64,000 bases of DNA from Epiperipatus broadwayi. Lineage: Eukaryota; Animalia; Onychophora. Below, piece by piece: positions 13,701 through 27,123 of the stretch (within the stretch, counting starts at the first letter, position 1; the number at the start of each line of letters is the position of its first letter). The notes under the pieces are model-generated. The model searched no databases. It was not told where the DNA came from and saw only the letters and a program-made list of their open reading frames with translations. The stretch lies in the NCBI GenBank assembly GCA_028023455.1, contig JAQFVV010000001.1:22568001-22632000 (forward strand), read 5' to 3'. A program made the translations under genes and the position numbers.

Positions 13701-14368
13701 TATCACATTACAGTTTCCTTCGCATATATACATAGGTGTGCTTCTACACACACAATAATGTCTACACAACTTACTTTAATTTATTATTATTTTAAATTAG
13801 AACTGCGTATTATAGTTATATGCATACAAATATTATTAGCTAATTAATGTGCAATATGAATGTACGCACATACAATATACGCACATACTCGTTAACAGAA
13901 CTTTTATACAATATTTTAGTATTAATTTAAAATATACATGGACTTGGATGAATTTGAATTAGAGAAAATTATACTACTATGAAACATAGTAGTCTGAAAC
14001 TGGAAGATAGATAAATCATACTGTTTCAATACTAAAGAAAAGAAGCTATCGTATAACACTACCAAATATCCAAGCTAAATAGCTGTGTTTTTTTGAGTCA
14101 ATAACTGCATGCATACTGTTGCATTTGCACGTTATGTTCACGCATTGCATTTGGTTACAAAAATACATTAAGTCAAGATTAAAAATATTATTTTCAAAAA
14201 TCTAGAATTGAAAAAAATTTAAAACAAAAACAAAAATAACAAAAAAAGTTAAAAATCTTGACAATTTGTTTCACTCATAATTGGTCAGTTCTTGCCAGCC
14301 AGTTCTTGGCAGATTGGCCTAGTGATCGACCAAAATTGGCTTCGCGATTGACTTTTTGAACACCCTTG
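10759..14368 (-). mobile_element. Complete hAT DNA transposon (Buster/Charlie/SPIN-like, GTF2IRD2-type transposase), 3610 bp
   Basis: Ends are CAGGGGTG and CACCCTTG (reverse complement CAAGGGTG). Perfect 8-bp TSD ATATATAA at 10751-10758 and 14369-14376. GATCGAC-type subterminal motifs at both ends, with an internal transposase. Confidence 0.92.
11036..12877 (-). pseudogene. hAT transposase, 614 codons in one frame with three premature TGA codons
   Basis: The track ORFs 12413-12877, 11936-12406 and 11192-11812 are all in one frame. Motifs: EEWELDYFF...CCCLIC zinc-finger-like N-terminus, SLQCDESTD, ITTDGAAAM, HCIIHQQ, VRWLSR, STYL*ESAFS. Final TAA at 11036-11038. Confidence 0.93.
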
Positions 14369-15399
14369 ATATATAACAACAAAAGCCTAGAACCTAGCCA
14401 ATTGTAATTTTACACAAAAGTAGTATTTTCTATCAGTTGTAGTATAAATATTATATCTATATTTTAAATAATGATTACAATGAAAAGATCAAATTTATTT
14501 CATTGTCATATCTTACTAAGCAGTATCTCACAATTATATTTTATTTTTTGCAATCTATGGGTATTTTTTCCTACTTTCATTAATATTTTATATTGCATTA
14601 AATTGAAAAAAAAAAAAAAAAAGTTTTTTCTTGTTTAGTTATTACCATGTGTACATACATCCTTAAAAAAAACTTTTTAGTCTTTCATCTTGTCATTTTT
14701 TCTCTTTGCTATTTTATATTATATATATTTTTTGCAATTATTTTATAATTAATTTCACTTTTATACAATTAATTAAAGTTCTGTTTGCATAATATCTGAT
14801 ATACAATGCCTAATGTCCGATATACAATACTTATTGTGAAATATTATTTCTTTTTTACCTTAGAAAAAAGTATATGTGCAGCAGATAACTGTATAGGACA
14901 AGATCTGGGCTAGCTAGCAAAAATGAAACTCTTCAGCATGTCTTATTTCTAATGCTTTACAATTAAGAATTATCTCAGGTAAGTCATGTTATATATATTT
15001 TTTAAATTTCATAAGGAATTTGATTAATCTGTTTAGAAAAGTAACAGATTAAAATTTAACTTTCAAAATTTAGAATTTGTAAACCTATAACAAACTAAGC
15101 AGTTGTAAAAATGTTAAAAAATTAATTTTACAAGTATTTTTTAAGGTTAATAACTATATTTTTTTAGCATTATGATATTAATATATTTGCTCTTTTGAAC
15201 CATATATAACACATCACATCTGGTCATTAATCTTGAAGATATTATATAAATTGTATCTCAGTCCAATTGTTTAAAATTTAACATAGCATCCATTAGAATT
15301 GAAGGGGTTAAGTAAATCTACCAGCGCCATCTTTACTAAATTTAATTAACAATTTTGCAGTATGTCATCATTCAACTGCTACAGCAGATGAATAGGACC

Positions 15400-16300
15400 C
15401 TTTTCTAAATGATTCTTGAGATATTAGAAAAACAAGTACAGATAATGACATTTGCAAAAGTAAACTGAACATTCATGAAGAATATACACACAGCCTGAAT
15501 CAAATATTCACAAGATAGATTCTTGAAGTATTCATTTTAATACTCTTGCAAATTTTGAAATTATCATAAATATACATTATAGTATATTTTAATACATAAT
15601 AAATATCATCAGCAATTAATAGTCATTATTTATTATTTATGTGGTGTAAGGATTTAAACTACTTAATGATATACAAGGTGTCACAAAGAAACCTGTAGAG
15701 ATTCCAACCAAGAGATAGAATTCACTAATAGCTTTATTAAGTCCTTCAATTCTGCCATCATAACTATAAATCCACCTGTCATTAACTATGTAGTTTATAG
15801 TATATTTGTCCTTATTTACAAAGATCAGTTGCTGATAAATTCCATTTATAAAGAGTTGACAACAATGACCATGGATTGTCCTGAATCTGTTGAGATTTCA
15901 TTTGTGTCCAGGAAAATCAAAATCCAACTGGCTTTATTGTTAAATCTAGAAAAAGAAATTTGGAATCTCATAAGAATTCCATTTTTTGCACCATAATTCT
16001 TTTAATTGAAGATTCCTAATTAAACATCCAAAGAGGGGGTCTTGATATGAATCGTATGTTAATAGTCACTAGAGGAGGGTTAGTACTTCTCTACTAATTT
16101 AATTTCAATTTAGAATTTTTCAAAACACTCTCACTCCTTTAAATTCAAATGATAATTGTCCAGTTCATCAATTATTCTATTTCTTTTTCTTTTTTATAAT
16201 TATTTAAATTATATATTAATACAAAGTAATGTTGGTTTGAACACAAATCCGGATTGATTTCTAATTTTATTATTTCCAACACACTTATTTCTATACTCAT
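15400..16300 (-). mobile_element. Degenerate non-LTR retrotransposon RT fragment
   Basis: Minus strand has QSGF (~16250), ISEFYLLVGISTGFFVTP (a GxxQGxxLSP remnant, ~15670-15730) and LIADDI (~15600-15620). Confidence 0.5.
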
Positions 16301-17780
16301 TTTTGATAGTTACAATATTTGCTTCATTTTTTTTAAATTTTAAATCCATGTTCACAATCATAAATTAAATAATGTCTTTTTAAATATAGGAATAAATTTC
16401 TTATAAATATAAACCGATTAATTTTTTCCCCCCTCTTTTTGCGTTTTTTAATCCAACCCAAAAAAACAACCCCCCCCCCCCCCAAACCTTCAAAAAATAA
16501 CCATTAAGTTTATTTCAACATTTTTTATTCTTCTAATTATTTCTTTTAGTTCCACTTTAAAAGTCTAAATAAGCACAATTATTCACTATGTCAATCGTGT
16601 TCTCATGTATATACAACTGACTAATGAATGCTAATTTACTAAATATTTCTTTAGTTTTACAAAAATTTATTCTGAAGCCTATTCTTCAAATTGGATAAAT
16701 GTACTCCATAATTGATTGCTTTCATCATATTTTATTTCAAAAATAATATCCATAAATAGAATACATTTTAAATAAATACTATTTTATACATAAATTACTT
16801 CTTTAACAAAGTATAAATCATACCAGTAAATAAATTCATATATAACAAATTTTTACAAATTTTGACATTACATCAAAATAATAATTAATCAACTTCTCAA
16901 GTCATGCTTACAAATATTATTCCTCAGCTGACAGCAAAGCTATCTGGTAGAATCTCAATGTAACATACAAAGCTTTTTACTTTTATGTACCAAAATTCAG
17001 ATTAAATATTAAAACACTAAACAATTATGATGCAGTTTTTTTTAAGTATTAAACTTTTAAGTATCATAAATTAGCTGCAGCCAAATGAAACATGAGATTT
17101 GCAAACTATGAAGTGATTGTTCTATAGATGATTGGTTGATATTTTGACATGATATCACAGTTTTTAAGACTTTGTTACATGATTGGTATGATTTAAACTT
17201 TATTTAAGAAATAATTTGTTTATGTAAGATTTCCAGTTTGATTAATTTTATATATATATATTGCAAATATTTGATATAATTTATAAAAGACAAAGTTTTT
17301 ACATGTTTGATTTGGTTAAGCTTATACTAATTTTCTTTTTGATCTTAATATTATGCATACAAAAAGCAAATTCACATGACTATTTTAAAGATGTGGTAAT
17401 GGCTCATTAAAGTTTATTTTGCACTTCTAAAATTGAAATGCCAAAATAAATTATATTAAGGATTTGGAAAAACAAATTGCCACCAACAATGATTAAATGT
17501 TAGTTTGCTCATAGTACTATTCTACTGCCTAATAAATCTAATTGCCTTCAGATAGTGCACTTAATATATAGAGAAAAATAAGAAATCTAATTGACTTAAC
17601 ACAAAACTATAACTAATATAAACTTAATCTATATAATAATAATAATAGTTCATGAATGCCACATGTGATAAATTTTCATAAAAAAATTGATGAAATGCAT
17701 TAAAATTTAGAGATTATAGCATTTTATAGTTTTAAGAAACAAACTTTTAAAAGTTTAAGATTTCTATTTCAGATTAGTAC

Positions 17781-17988
17781 CTGTTGAAGGAATAACTCCA
17801 AATTCTATTTTCATATCTATAAGTGAACAATTAAGAAATGCCCAAGCTTTTTCAAGAACTTCAAAAACAGCAACTGTGGTCTTGCTGATAATATCAATTT
17901 CATGAGGCCCAATTACAACTCCTCCAAGGGTCAACTTAGCATCCACCAATTGTTCATACGACCATTGAGGATCATGATTAGCATCATC
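17781..17988 (-). CDS. PAICS: PAICS coding exon 4
   Basis: Acceptor TTTTAATAG|GAT, donor G|GTACTA; 208 nt, phase 0 to 1. Translates [69 protein letters not shown] (DDANxDP and LIDMKIEFG motifs). Confidence 0.95.
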
Positions 17989-18299
17989 CTATTAAAATAA
18001 AAATACAATAATATAAAAAGTATTTCACTTTTTTTAAAGTAGAATAATTATAAGAGGGGATCTAGAAATAAAAAACAAAAAATAAATTTTAAGCAGGAAT
18101 AATTTCAGAATAAAAATAATTAAGTGAAATAAAATGTTATGGTAATTGAAATATTTCATCACTATTTTATAGTTAATTTTAAATTCATATACATACTGTA
18201 CATATAAAAATAACACAAAAAATAAAACAAATTATAGCCCCCCCCCCCCCCCCCCCCCCCAAAAAAAGTTTTTTTTGGGGAATATGTAAAAGTAATAAT

Positions 18300-18780
18300 A
18301 ATAATGAATATTACTTTCCTTTTCCACATATCCATTCCCTTACTAAAAACTTTATTAAAACCTTCTTTCAATCTAAGTTTTCATACCCCTCTTCAACCAA
18401 TAGATTAATTAACATTTCAAAAGACCACCTATCCTCTGACCAGACTCCTCATACAATGTACAAGATTCCATGCCCCCAAACCGGCTGCAGTGCCAAATCC
18501 TATAGTGAATCCTGCGCATCTCTCTCCACTCATGTCTCTCAACACTGTTACTTATACAAAAGAACTCTGAATAAACCCAAATATAATTCCATCTTTTTAA
18601 AACATCAAAGGTCCATCGGCCATATATTTTGAACCATCTTCTGCTTCCATCGCATGGATAGAACGCTACAACTCTAGGCATAAAATCAAAGCAGCATTGT
18701 TTATAGCTAACAACACCGGAAGGAAGCATGCTTCTCTCTCTCCAAAAAGTGGACTTTCTAATTCGCATTGCCTATAATTA
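18300..18780 (+). mobile_element. Penelope-like element GIY-YIG endonuclease fragment
   Basis: The + strand reads KDHLSSDQTPHTMYKIPCPQTGCSAKSYSESCASLSTHVSQH...SIFLKHQRSIGHIF and then (frameshift) ERYNSRHKIKAALFI. This matches the PLE pattern KD..VYxIPC..C..YIGET..L..R..H..H..GH.F..R..KEAL.I. Confidence 0.7.
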
Positions 18781-21700
18781 AATATTTTTTGCATACATTT
18801 TCTATCATGCTCACACAACCCACTTCTATGATTTTGAAAAATAAAACCTCTCGAAAGTGTTCAGGCAATTAATGTTGCAATTTGTACTAAGCTTCACCAT
18901 TACCTGCTAGCACATTTAGATATAAAAAAATAAACCTAACTCAATATAAAAATGAAATATATAGTTTCAAATAAAATGCTAACAAAAACATTAATATATA
19001 ATAAAAAAATTAAAATGACATAAAAAAATAATATTAATTAAAAATATGAAGTCAAACTTTAATTCTGACCAAAGATTGTTCATTACTAATAATATATCAA
19101 TTAAAGCATCACATGACCTTTAACATCATCTGGACTATGAAAAACAGACTTTAAATAAATCATTGCAGACAAAAACCACTCTAACAATCCCTTACAGAGA
19201 AATAGTGAAGGAAACATTACTCACCAGACTTGATAATTACTGAATGATGAGAGTTCAGATGATTTTCTATCTAGCATTATTAAATATTAGATAACCAATA
19301 TTTAACTTTATTTAATTCTATTTTTACTAAAAGATTCAAAATTATGTAATAGACAATTAACAATTTTTATATATAAATTCCATTTCAGATCAGTCAATAT
19401 TTTAATTTTTTTTATTTAATAATTAAACACTCATATCTAAATAATTATTTAATATTTACTTATATTTTAATTAAAAGACAAGTATATAAATAATAATGAT
19501 ATGCATATATTAATTATATTCTTTTTAGACCATAACATTATATACATATATCATTAAAATGGTCAACACTTAGACAATCTCAATAACAAGAACAACCAAC
19601 CATCTTAAACTATTGTCAAGGTAACCTTTTAACGATAATATATATATAAAACCCACATATGGCAAGAATTAATTATTTTTATTTTATTCTATTATATACA
19701 TACATAAATTAATCAATAAAAATAACTGTTGTTTTAAACATTGTAATATTATTTATATTACATACAAATTATGTAACAGTTGATTGCTCATTTTTATTCC
19801 TACTCATATTGACTTTAATTAATACAATTAACTATATGTAAGATCACTTCCATATATTGTCATATTTTTAAAAAGTTCATTATACTTCATTATCAGTAAA
19901 TTTTAATGTGCATCATTATATAATTATTATATAACATTTAGTCTTCTCTTGCAATTTTAAAAAGAAGTATAAAACATCATAGAACTAGTACATTAAACAT
20001 TCAAATACTGATCTTTTACAAAATTAAACCCACTAACTAAAATATATGAAATATCATGTCTATTATGACATCTGATATTATACCTTTTCTAAAAAAAATA
20101 ATTTGGAAGATTTCTAGTTATATAGTTTTAAGTAAATACGAATATTGAAGAAATGATGACTTATTTTCTTCCCTACTTTATTCATTTTACATGTGAATCC
20201 TACATCATGGACACAACTTACAAATAATTAAGCATATTTGAATGTGAGAACTCTTCTAGGAAGTTCAATGATAACTAGGACATTAAATGATATATATAAT
20301 AGTCAATTTTTGAAACGAAAACTGACAATAAGGTTAGTAGAAAGCACTTCAATGCTGCGATTCATAAAGATCAAAGGAAAAATGATTTACTAAACAAGTA
20401 AACATTTTTGATTTCATTTAAATCTTTATCGAAAGAATGGCTAATGTAAAATAGTGTATTGGAACTAATAATCATAACTTTTACTAATATGAACAAAAAA
20501 TAAATATGTAAGCAAAATTATTTGATAATTTTAGATTGAAAGGGAAAGTAGATGTGTTTACAGTAATATATATTGAAACCCTATCCTATAACCTCCATTC
20601 TCTTCACTTATCTACTTCACTATATTTATGATTGCCCAGGCGCCAATTCTATGCAATATAGAATAAAATTTATCATTATAAATTATATTTAAAGTTAGTT
20701 AAAAGATTTTATATTATAATTACCCTACGGCTTAGCTCAGTTGAGGTTATAGGGTATGGTCTTTATATATGAGGCCAATAGAATAATACAAACATCTATA
20801 GACAATAATATTATAAGATTAATTTAATTATATTCAGGGCATCTGTTCAATACTAAAACTATTGCACAATCATAAAAATGTTCTTTTAATAGAAGTTCAT
20901 ATTTAACATAGAATAGATAATCATTAGGACCGTACTTTTCTATCCATATCACTATCCATTCCAACAAATAAAATGTGTCATTGGTATTATAATACTGAAA
21001 TTTATTACCACCAAACAAATTTAACTAAAACTAGAATTATTTTGACAACCCATATCTTCCATAACTATACTATGATAATTAGATGTGTGTGTGTGGAAAT
21101 GAAGAATCGAACTATATAATCAAGGAATTCCTATAAGCTGTTGATTCAATAAAATATTTATTATAAAAAAAAAAAATCAAAAATAAATCATAACTAAAAA
21201 AAAAATATTATTGATACCTTTATCACCCATTACATTTTTCTGTGATAAAATGAAAATTGACTACTTTTTAATATGTCATTATATATCTTCAATATTCTTT
21301 GTTTATATAGTAAATATCATGAATTTCCAAATTACATCCTATTAAATTATCTATAACCTTTGATGATAATAAAAATTAATAATCTTTTAGAAATATTATA
21401 GAATTTTAAATAACACTTTCCGTTATAATTATTATATATTCCATCTAGCATTAACTGTACAAAATTAGAACAAGCATGGGACTACAATACTAAAACACTT
21501 AATCTATATACTTAATCTAATCATTCCTGACCATTTCTATCGTTAACTTATTTTAATCTATTCCCTGTATAATAAACTTATAACTGGCAAGGTTTTAATT
21601 CTTTTTTTTTTTTTTTTATAACAATCATTATCGAAATTCTGCTTAATAAATATAATTAAAAAAATAATAATAATAATAATACGTAACATCACGCACACAT

Positions 21701-24202
21701 CCGAACATATATAATCACCTATAGTATAATCTCCGGATTATACCAAACACATTATCATATCATAATATATATATGAAATTACATTACTTCATTTTTTTTT
21801 TTAAAGGTACACAAAACACACGCAAAAAAAAAAAAAAAAAATTGTTTATACATCTATTATAAAAATAAAAAAATTATTTGTCAATACCTCATTATTACTT
21901 GTAAAATGTTTTTTTTTTTAAAATTTGAAAGTTAAGAAACACATATATTAATTTCAATGATACCGTAAATTCTAAGATAAAAAAAAAATGTCTATCCATT
22001 GTTAAAGCATATTTTTGTTAAGAATGACAATAGTCTTTTCCTTTTAGAATTTTGTGATAAGCTTTATAATTACATTTGCATGCATTGAAAATTATCCTGT
22101 TACAGACGCGTGTATAGTGAAGTGATATAATATAAAGTATCTTCTTGATATCATATTGGATATATATATCTTTTTTCATTTTAAATTTTGTTTTATCGAA
22201 TATTAATAGCAAATTCCTTAAATTAAAAAAAATTAGGCGTTTAATTTTAGCGTCTAAAGTTAAAATTTGAAATAGCTCTATCTTACAAGATGTTGCCATC
22301 TTAATGTTATTCATTTTTAATATACATTAAAATAGATTATAATAGTAATAACTTAACTTAGAGACATCCAGGCAATTTTATAGGTAGTAGATTCGAATCA
22401 TGAATTTTGGTAGAGATTTGAAGACAGGTAACCCTTTTGAGTCTATTCCTTCATGGTAACTCCAGTTTTACAATATAAATTTCCCATAAAAGTATTATTA
22501 TAATCCTTGCGATTTCTTTTTATATTTGTTATACTATTAGAGTTTTTTTTTAAAAAATATTTTAAGTTTCTTATCTTCTTCCTTGGAGCTTTTTTTTTTA
22601 TTATTTTTTTTTGTTGTAAACCCTGTCTTTCTCTCCTCACGCCCTCTATGTTTCCATGACAACTTTGGAATCTTGCCAGAAATATTATTTATAAAATTTT
22701 AAACAATATAATGTTTGAATTTACTATACATAGTAATTTAAAAAAAAAATGTATTAAACATTAATTATTAATTTTAAAATGTCATTTACTATTTCAAATA
22801 ATCTTTATCACTTTTAAAACCTAAGATTTTAAGACAATCTATAATCAGTAATTTATAAATAACATATAAAAAAAAAAAAAATTTCTAATAATACACATAT
22901 GCATCTGTCTATGATGATATGTAAATTTTCTATTGTACACAAACATCTACCACCAAACATATAGTTCCAAAACTCCACCCATCAATATATCTATTTAAAA
23001 TTTTAATTTTTGTTAAAATCCAAATTTCAATTAGCAAATCACATCACAGTTCAGATTTTATTTTTTTAAAACTCAATTTTAAATATTAATGATATCACAG
23101 TTTAGGCCTACTTTTTCCCCAAAATTCAATTCCAAATATTATATTATATCACAATTCATTTTTCTCAACTAATTGTCTTTATCCCAAATGTGACCTTCCC
23201 ATATTTCTTTCTAGTGCCAACCTGGAAGGTTACAATATATATATAATAGTTTCAGAGAGAGATTTCTGGACATGTAATCTCTGAAGAGAAATTTTATCCA
23301 TGACAAACCTATTTTATAATATATATTATAGCTAAAAGGACTTCTAGGTATAGTCATCCATGCAAAGAACATAATTTTATCCAAAGAAAAGCTACTTTAT
23401 ATCACAACTCTTTTATATCACATATTACGTTACAACTCTTTTAACATAATGCATTATACTATTAATTTACAATTATATTTTTAATTTCTATATCTAAATA
23501 AGAATTAGAATCCAAAAACATTTGCTGTTAGTTATGCATAATTGAAAAATATAAAAAAATTATTAAAAAATCTTAAAAAGTAATATTTTTAAAAAATCTG
23601 GGTAGTCAGTGACATATCTTCAGTCAGAAACCTCTTTTATAAAGAATTAAAAATCATAATGGAATGAAATAAATTTGAATAAGTCTAAACATTGAATAAA
23701 CTACTGAAATTTCAATTTTATTCAATAAAAAGCATGTAATATAGATTTAGAAAAATAAAAAATAACAAGATTTCATTCAGAGTTTCAGATACATTTCAAA
23801 ATAAAAATATATATCCATGAACTTTAAAAAATACAAAATTTTTATTGCTAATGTTTCTGTGGAAGGAAAAAATAAGACCATATTAACAATCTAAATGCTA
23901 ATAAAAACATTATTAAACAGAACATAAATAATAGTTGTAGTTGAGAAAATGACTATGTGAAGATATTAGACTGCTTCCATGGATAGCAAATGAATATACT
24001 TAAATAAAATGGGTGGAGAAAAAAAACACTCATAAACATGAAAAGAATCGTATTACAGATTATATATTAACAGTATTTGTAGAAATGCAGATATTAACTT
24101 TATAACATTAAATGGAATTATAAACCATTGGTACACAAATATTTAAATAGTTTACTTAAAAGAGTAAATATGAGATAAAATCTCTCTTTTTTCACAATTT
24201 AC

Positions 24203-24381
24203 CTTAAAAAATGTTTCCAATTTTATAGGAACAAATCTAAATCCTTCTTTGACACCAGGGTTTCTTCTTAGAAAAGATCCTGTCGCTACTCTTCTTGTTA
24301 CCCATTCTATAGGAATCATGTCACAGTATTTTGCAATAAATGCCTTTTGACCACATGGCCGAACAAAATGAGTTTTTATTC
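24203..24381 (-). CDS. PAICS: PAICS coding exon 3
   Basis: Acceptor TTTTAAG|GA, donor AAG|GTAAAT; 179 nt, phase 1 to 0. Translates [60 protein letters not shown] (MIPIEWVxRRxATGSF motif). Confidence 0.95.
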
Positions 24382-26579
24382 CTTAAAAATAAAAATAAAA
24401 TTTCATTTAAAAAGCTACTCAAGAAACTTTGTTAGATTATTAAAGAAAATATTAGTCCATTCATATATATTCTTTTCTTATTTAACTTTTTTTTTTAAAG
24501 ATTAATCTTCACCATTACTAAATATCTACTACTCATTTTAGATTTTTAAAACTCACAGATTATACACATAAATTATTCAAACATAATATTTGCAAGTAAT
24601 GGTTTAAAATCATAATAAACTTTTGTTAACATCATTATTATTTGAAAATTGATTATTTAACAAGTTTATACCACTTAAGATTGATTGCAGTCTCATTCTA
24701 ATAAAAATTTAGGTTATTTAATACATCATTACTTTCATTAATTAAACATGGATCTGCAAAGGTAAAGGCTTCTTCAACAGCCTGTCATAGAAAAAGCATA
24801 AAAATAAAAATTAAAGATATGATAAATGACAGATAATAAAGGTTTGAGAGTTCCTTCTAATGAAAAATAGCTGAATGCCTATATATTGACAGTATTGGAT
24901 GGTTATATGAGTTAACTAGGGGGCAAGCCATTTGAAAAAAACCCAAGCCAAATCACCACCTAAAAATTTTCCTAGACTCAAATCCAAGTTATGGAAATGG
25001 CAGTGCATAAATATATATTTAAACCCTAAGTATCAACAGCTAATTGGTTATGCTATATAAATCACCTTATGTCAGCCAATGCTTAAATAAACTAATATTA
25101 CATCAGCAATCTGTTGTCAAAGCAATACTCAAATAATAAATAGAAATATGCAAATTTCCATTTATTATCTGAGTATAGCCTTGATAACAGGTTGCTGACA
25201 TTCTATTAGTTTATTTAAGCAGTGACTGGTATCATATGATTTAAATATATACTATATTTGTATTTTTTTTATCACATGATAATATTCTTTTGTGATGAAA
25301 TGAAAATGCATAACAAAGTTCTAATGTCGTTGAAGTTTTTTGTTATTCATGAATATCTGCATATTCTTTTTAATTTCATTTTCTGGTTTGATTCTTTGAT
25401 ATTCTCCAAATGACTAGATATAGTTAAAGATAAACATGTATCTTTCTAAATAGCTTGTTTTATTGCTAACAATTCCTGTATCACATGATTTTGATGTTTT
25501 TACTATAATTGAAAGCTTGTATAGCTGAAGAAGAGTGGACTGTAATTTGATGACTTGCTTGAAATCTCAAAAATTAAACAAAATAATAAGTTTAATAATA
25601 TACTTACTGAAATGATGTGAGTCATATAAAAAAAAAGAATACAAGATTAAATTTACTGTATTGCATACATATGTATATGTTAAGGCAAACAAAAGATGAG
25701 AATAAAATTTTCAAGTTTTCCTACGCATATAATTACAGAAGTGAGATTTTGGACAATTTACTTCGCCATTGACTGTATATTATGGGGAATCAAAAACAGT
25801 TGGCATTGTTAAACACAACCATATTACCAAGATAATAGTAAGTGAGATTAACATTGACCCTATAATAATAAATAATCACATATATAGCAAAACCCGGAAA
25901 CTTTATTTATATATATAAAACAATAAGTTAATTATCACAACATGTAATTATATAATAATACGAATTGACAAGTCCTTTCTGATTGACAATAACCAATGAT
26001 ACTACTAAGTAATCAATAAGAGTAAATATTAATATAATAAAGAGAATAAAAGTTGTCCCATCAGCTTATTAGAATCAAATCAAATGATGTCTTATTTTAC
26101 TTATCTTAATTAAAGTATGAAGTGAAGTCCAGAAGATTTTTCAGGATACCAATAACATACGATCTTGTTTTTTTAATATGATTCAATTTGTGATGATCAA
26201 GTTATTCAAAATGATGAAATATAGATATAAAAAACAAATAATATAATCAGCTCTCTCTATAGTTCATAAGAGCAACATTAAGATCCAAAACTATTACACA
26301 TGCACATATCTGAATTAGTGATCCGATTAGTTTCGAAGTGCATGAAAAAGCTAATTTTTAAGAATTATTAAAGCACATTATAGAATTAAATGGGCACAGC
26401 TGTAAATTAACACATTGATTATGATAATTTAAATACTATTCTGCACTATGCAATTTAAATTTGAACATAATGTCAATAATGAATACAATTTATTTTTACC
26501 GATTGACTACAATGTGATGCACATAACTAATCATCGCATATAAAATTAAAGGATTGAACGCGCAATACAAACTTAAACA

Positions 26580-26860
26580 ATCACTATTACTTTATGTCCT
26601 ATCCTGCAAGCCTTTTTAAAATTACATCCTCAATAGTGAATTTTAATCCAAATATTCATCATCCTATCCAACAACTTCAATAATTATTTGATTAATTATG
26701 CCAAATTCATATTTTTAATCCCTATCTAACATAATCTATATACCAAAAAACAATCTTATTCCATTTATTGGTAATGTCTTTAATTTTCAGAATTCCATAT
26801 TAGTCTTAAACAACAATAAATTCTCCCAATTATTATCTTAAATATATTGAGGATAACTTT
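26580..26860 (-). mobile_element. Possible RTE LINE 3' end fragment next to the exon 2 donor
   Basis: Purine-rich minus strand with IKDITNK..KIVFW and an LA(Q)DR-like remnant. G-poor on the + strand. Weak. Confidence 0.35.
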
Positions 26861-26925
26861 CTTCTATATATTTGTATTGAAGCAGATGTGAACAAAATTT
26901 ACAAAACTAGTGCAAAAATACTCAC

Positions 26926-27123
26926 CAACAGAGGTAAGGTATTCAAACACTTTGCAAGTTGTTGCATTAGAAATGGCAGCTTTGCCTTCAAGGTCATGAG
27001 CTCTTGCTCCATCTCCGGCAGTAATACGATCTTTTGATTCAACAAGAACTAAACCAGGTTCATCGACAATCTCATGAATAATTTTTGTTTTGCCTTCAGC
27101 AAGTTGTTTTCCTGTTTTTGGAG
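26926..27123 (-). CDS. PAICS: PAICS coding exon 2 (SAICAR synthetase N-terminus)
   Basis: Acceptor TTTTAG|CT, donor G|GTGAGT; 198 nt, phase 1 to 1. Translates PKTGKQLAEGKTKIIHEIVDEPGLVLVESKDRITAGDGARAHDLEGKAAISNATTCKVFEYLTSVG, with the EGKTK and KDRITAG motifs of PurC/PAICS. Confidence 0.95.

Noticed and set aside
14863-14985. Antisense exon-like segment ending in CAG|GTAAGT (a similar donor occurs near 37250)
   Set aside because: No open frame or recognisable product. Isolated consensus donors are expected by chance in 64 kb of AT-rich DNA, so transcript data would be needed.
12878-17781. In-frame PAICS-transposase fusion (CSB-PGBD3 style)
   Set aside because: Exon 4 ends in phase 1 but the acceptor at 12885 needs phase 2 to reach the transposase frame. 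The junction gives a stop after three codons.
20721-20760. GGCTTAGCTCAGTTG resembles a tRNA 5' end or A box
   Set aside because: No B box (GTTCRA), anticodon arm or acceptor stem follows. At most a tRNA or SINE remnant within a small hairpin.
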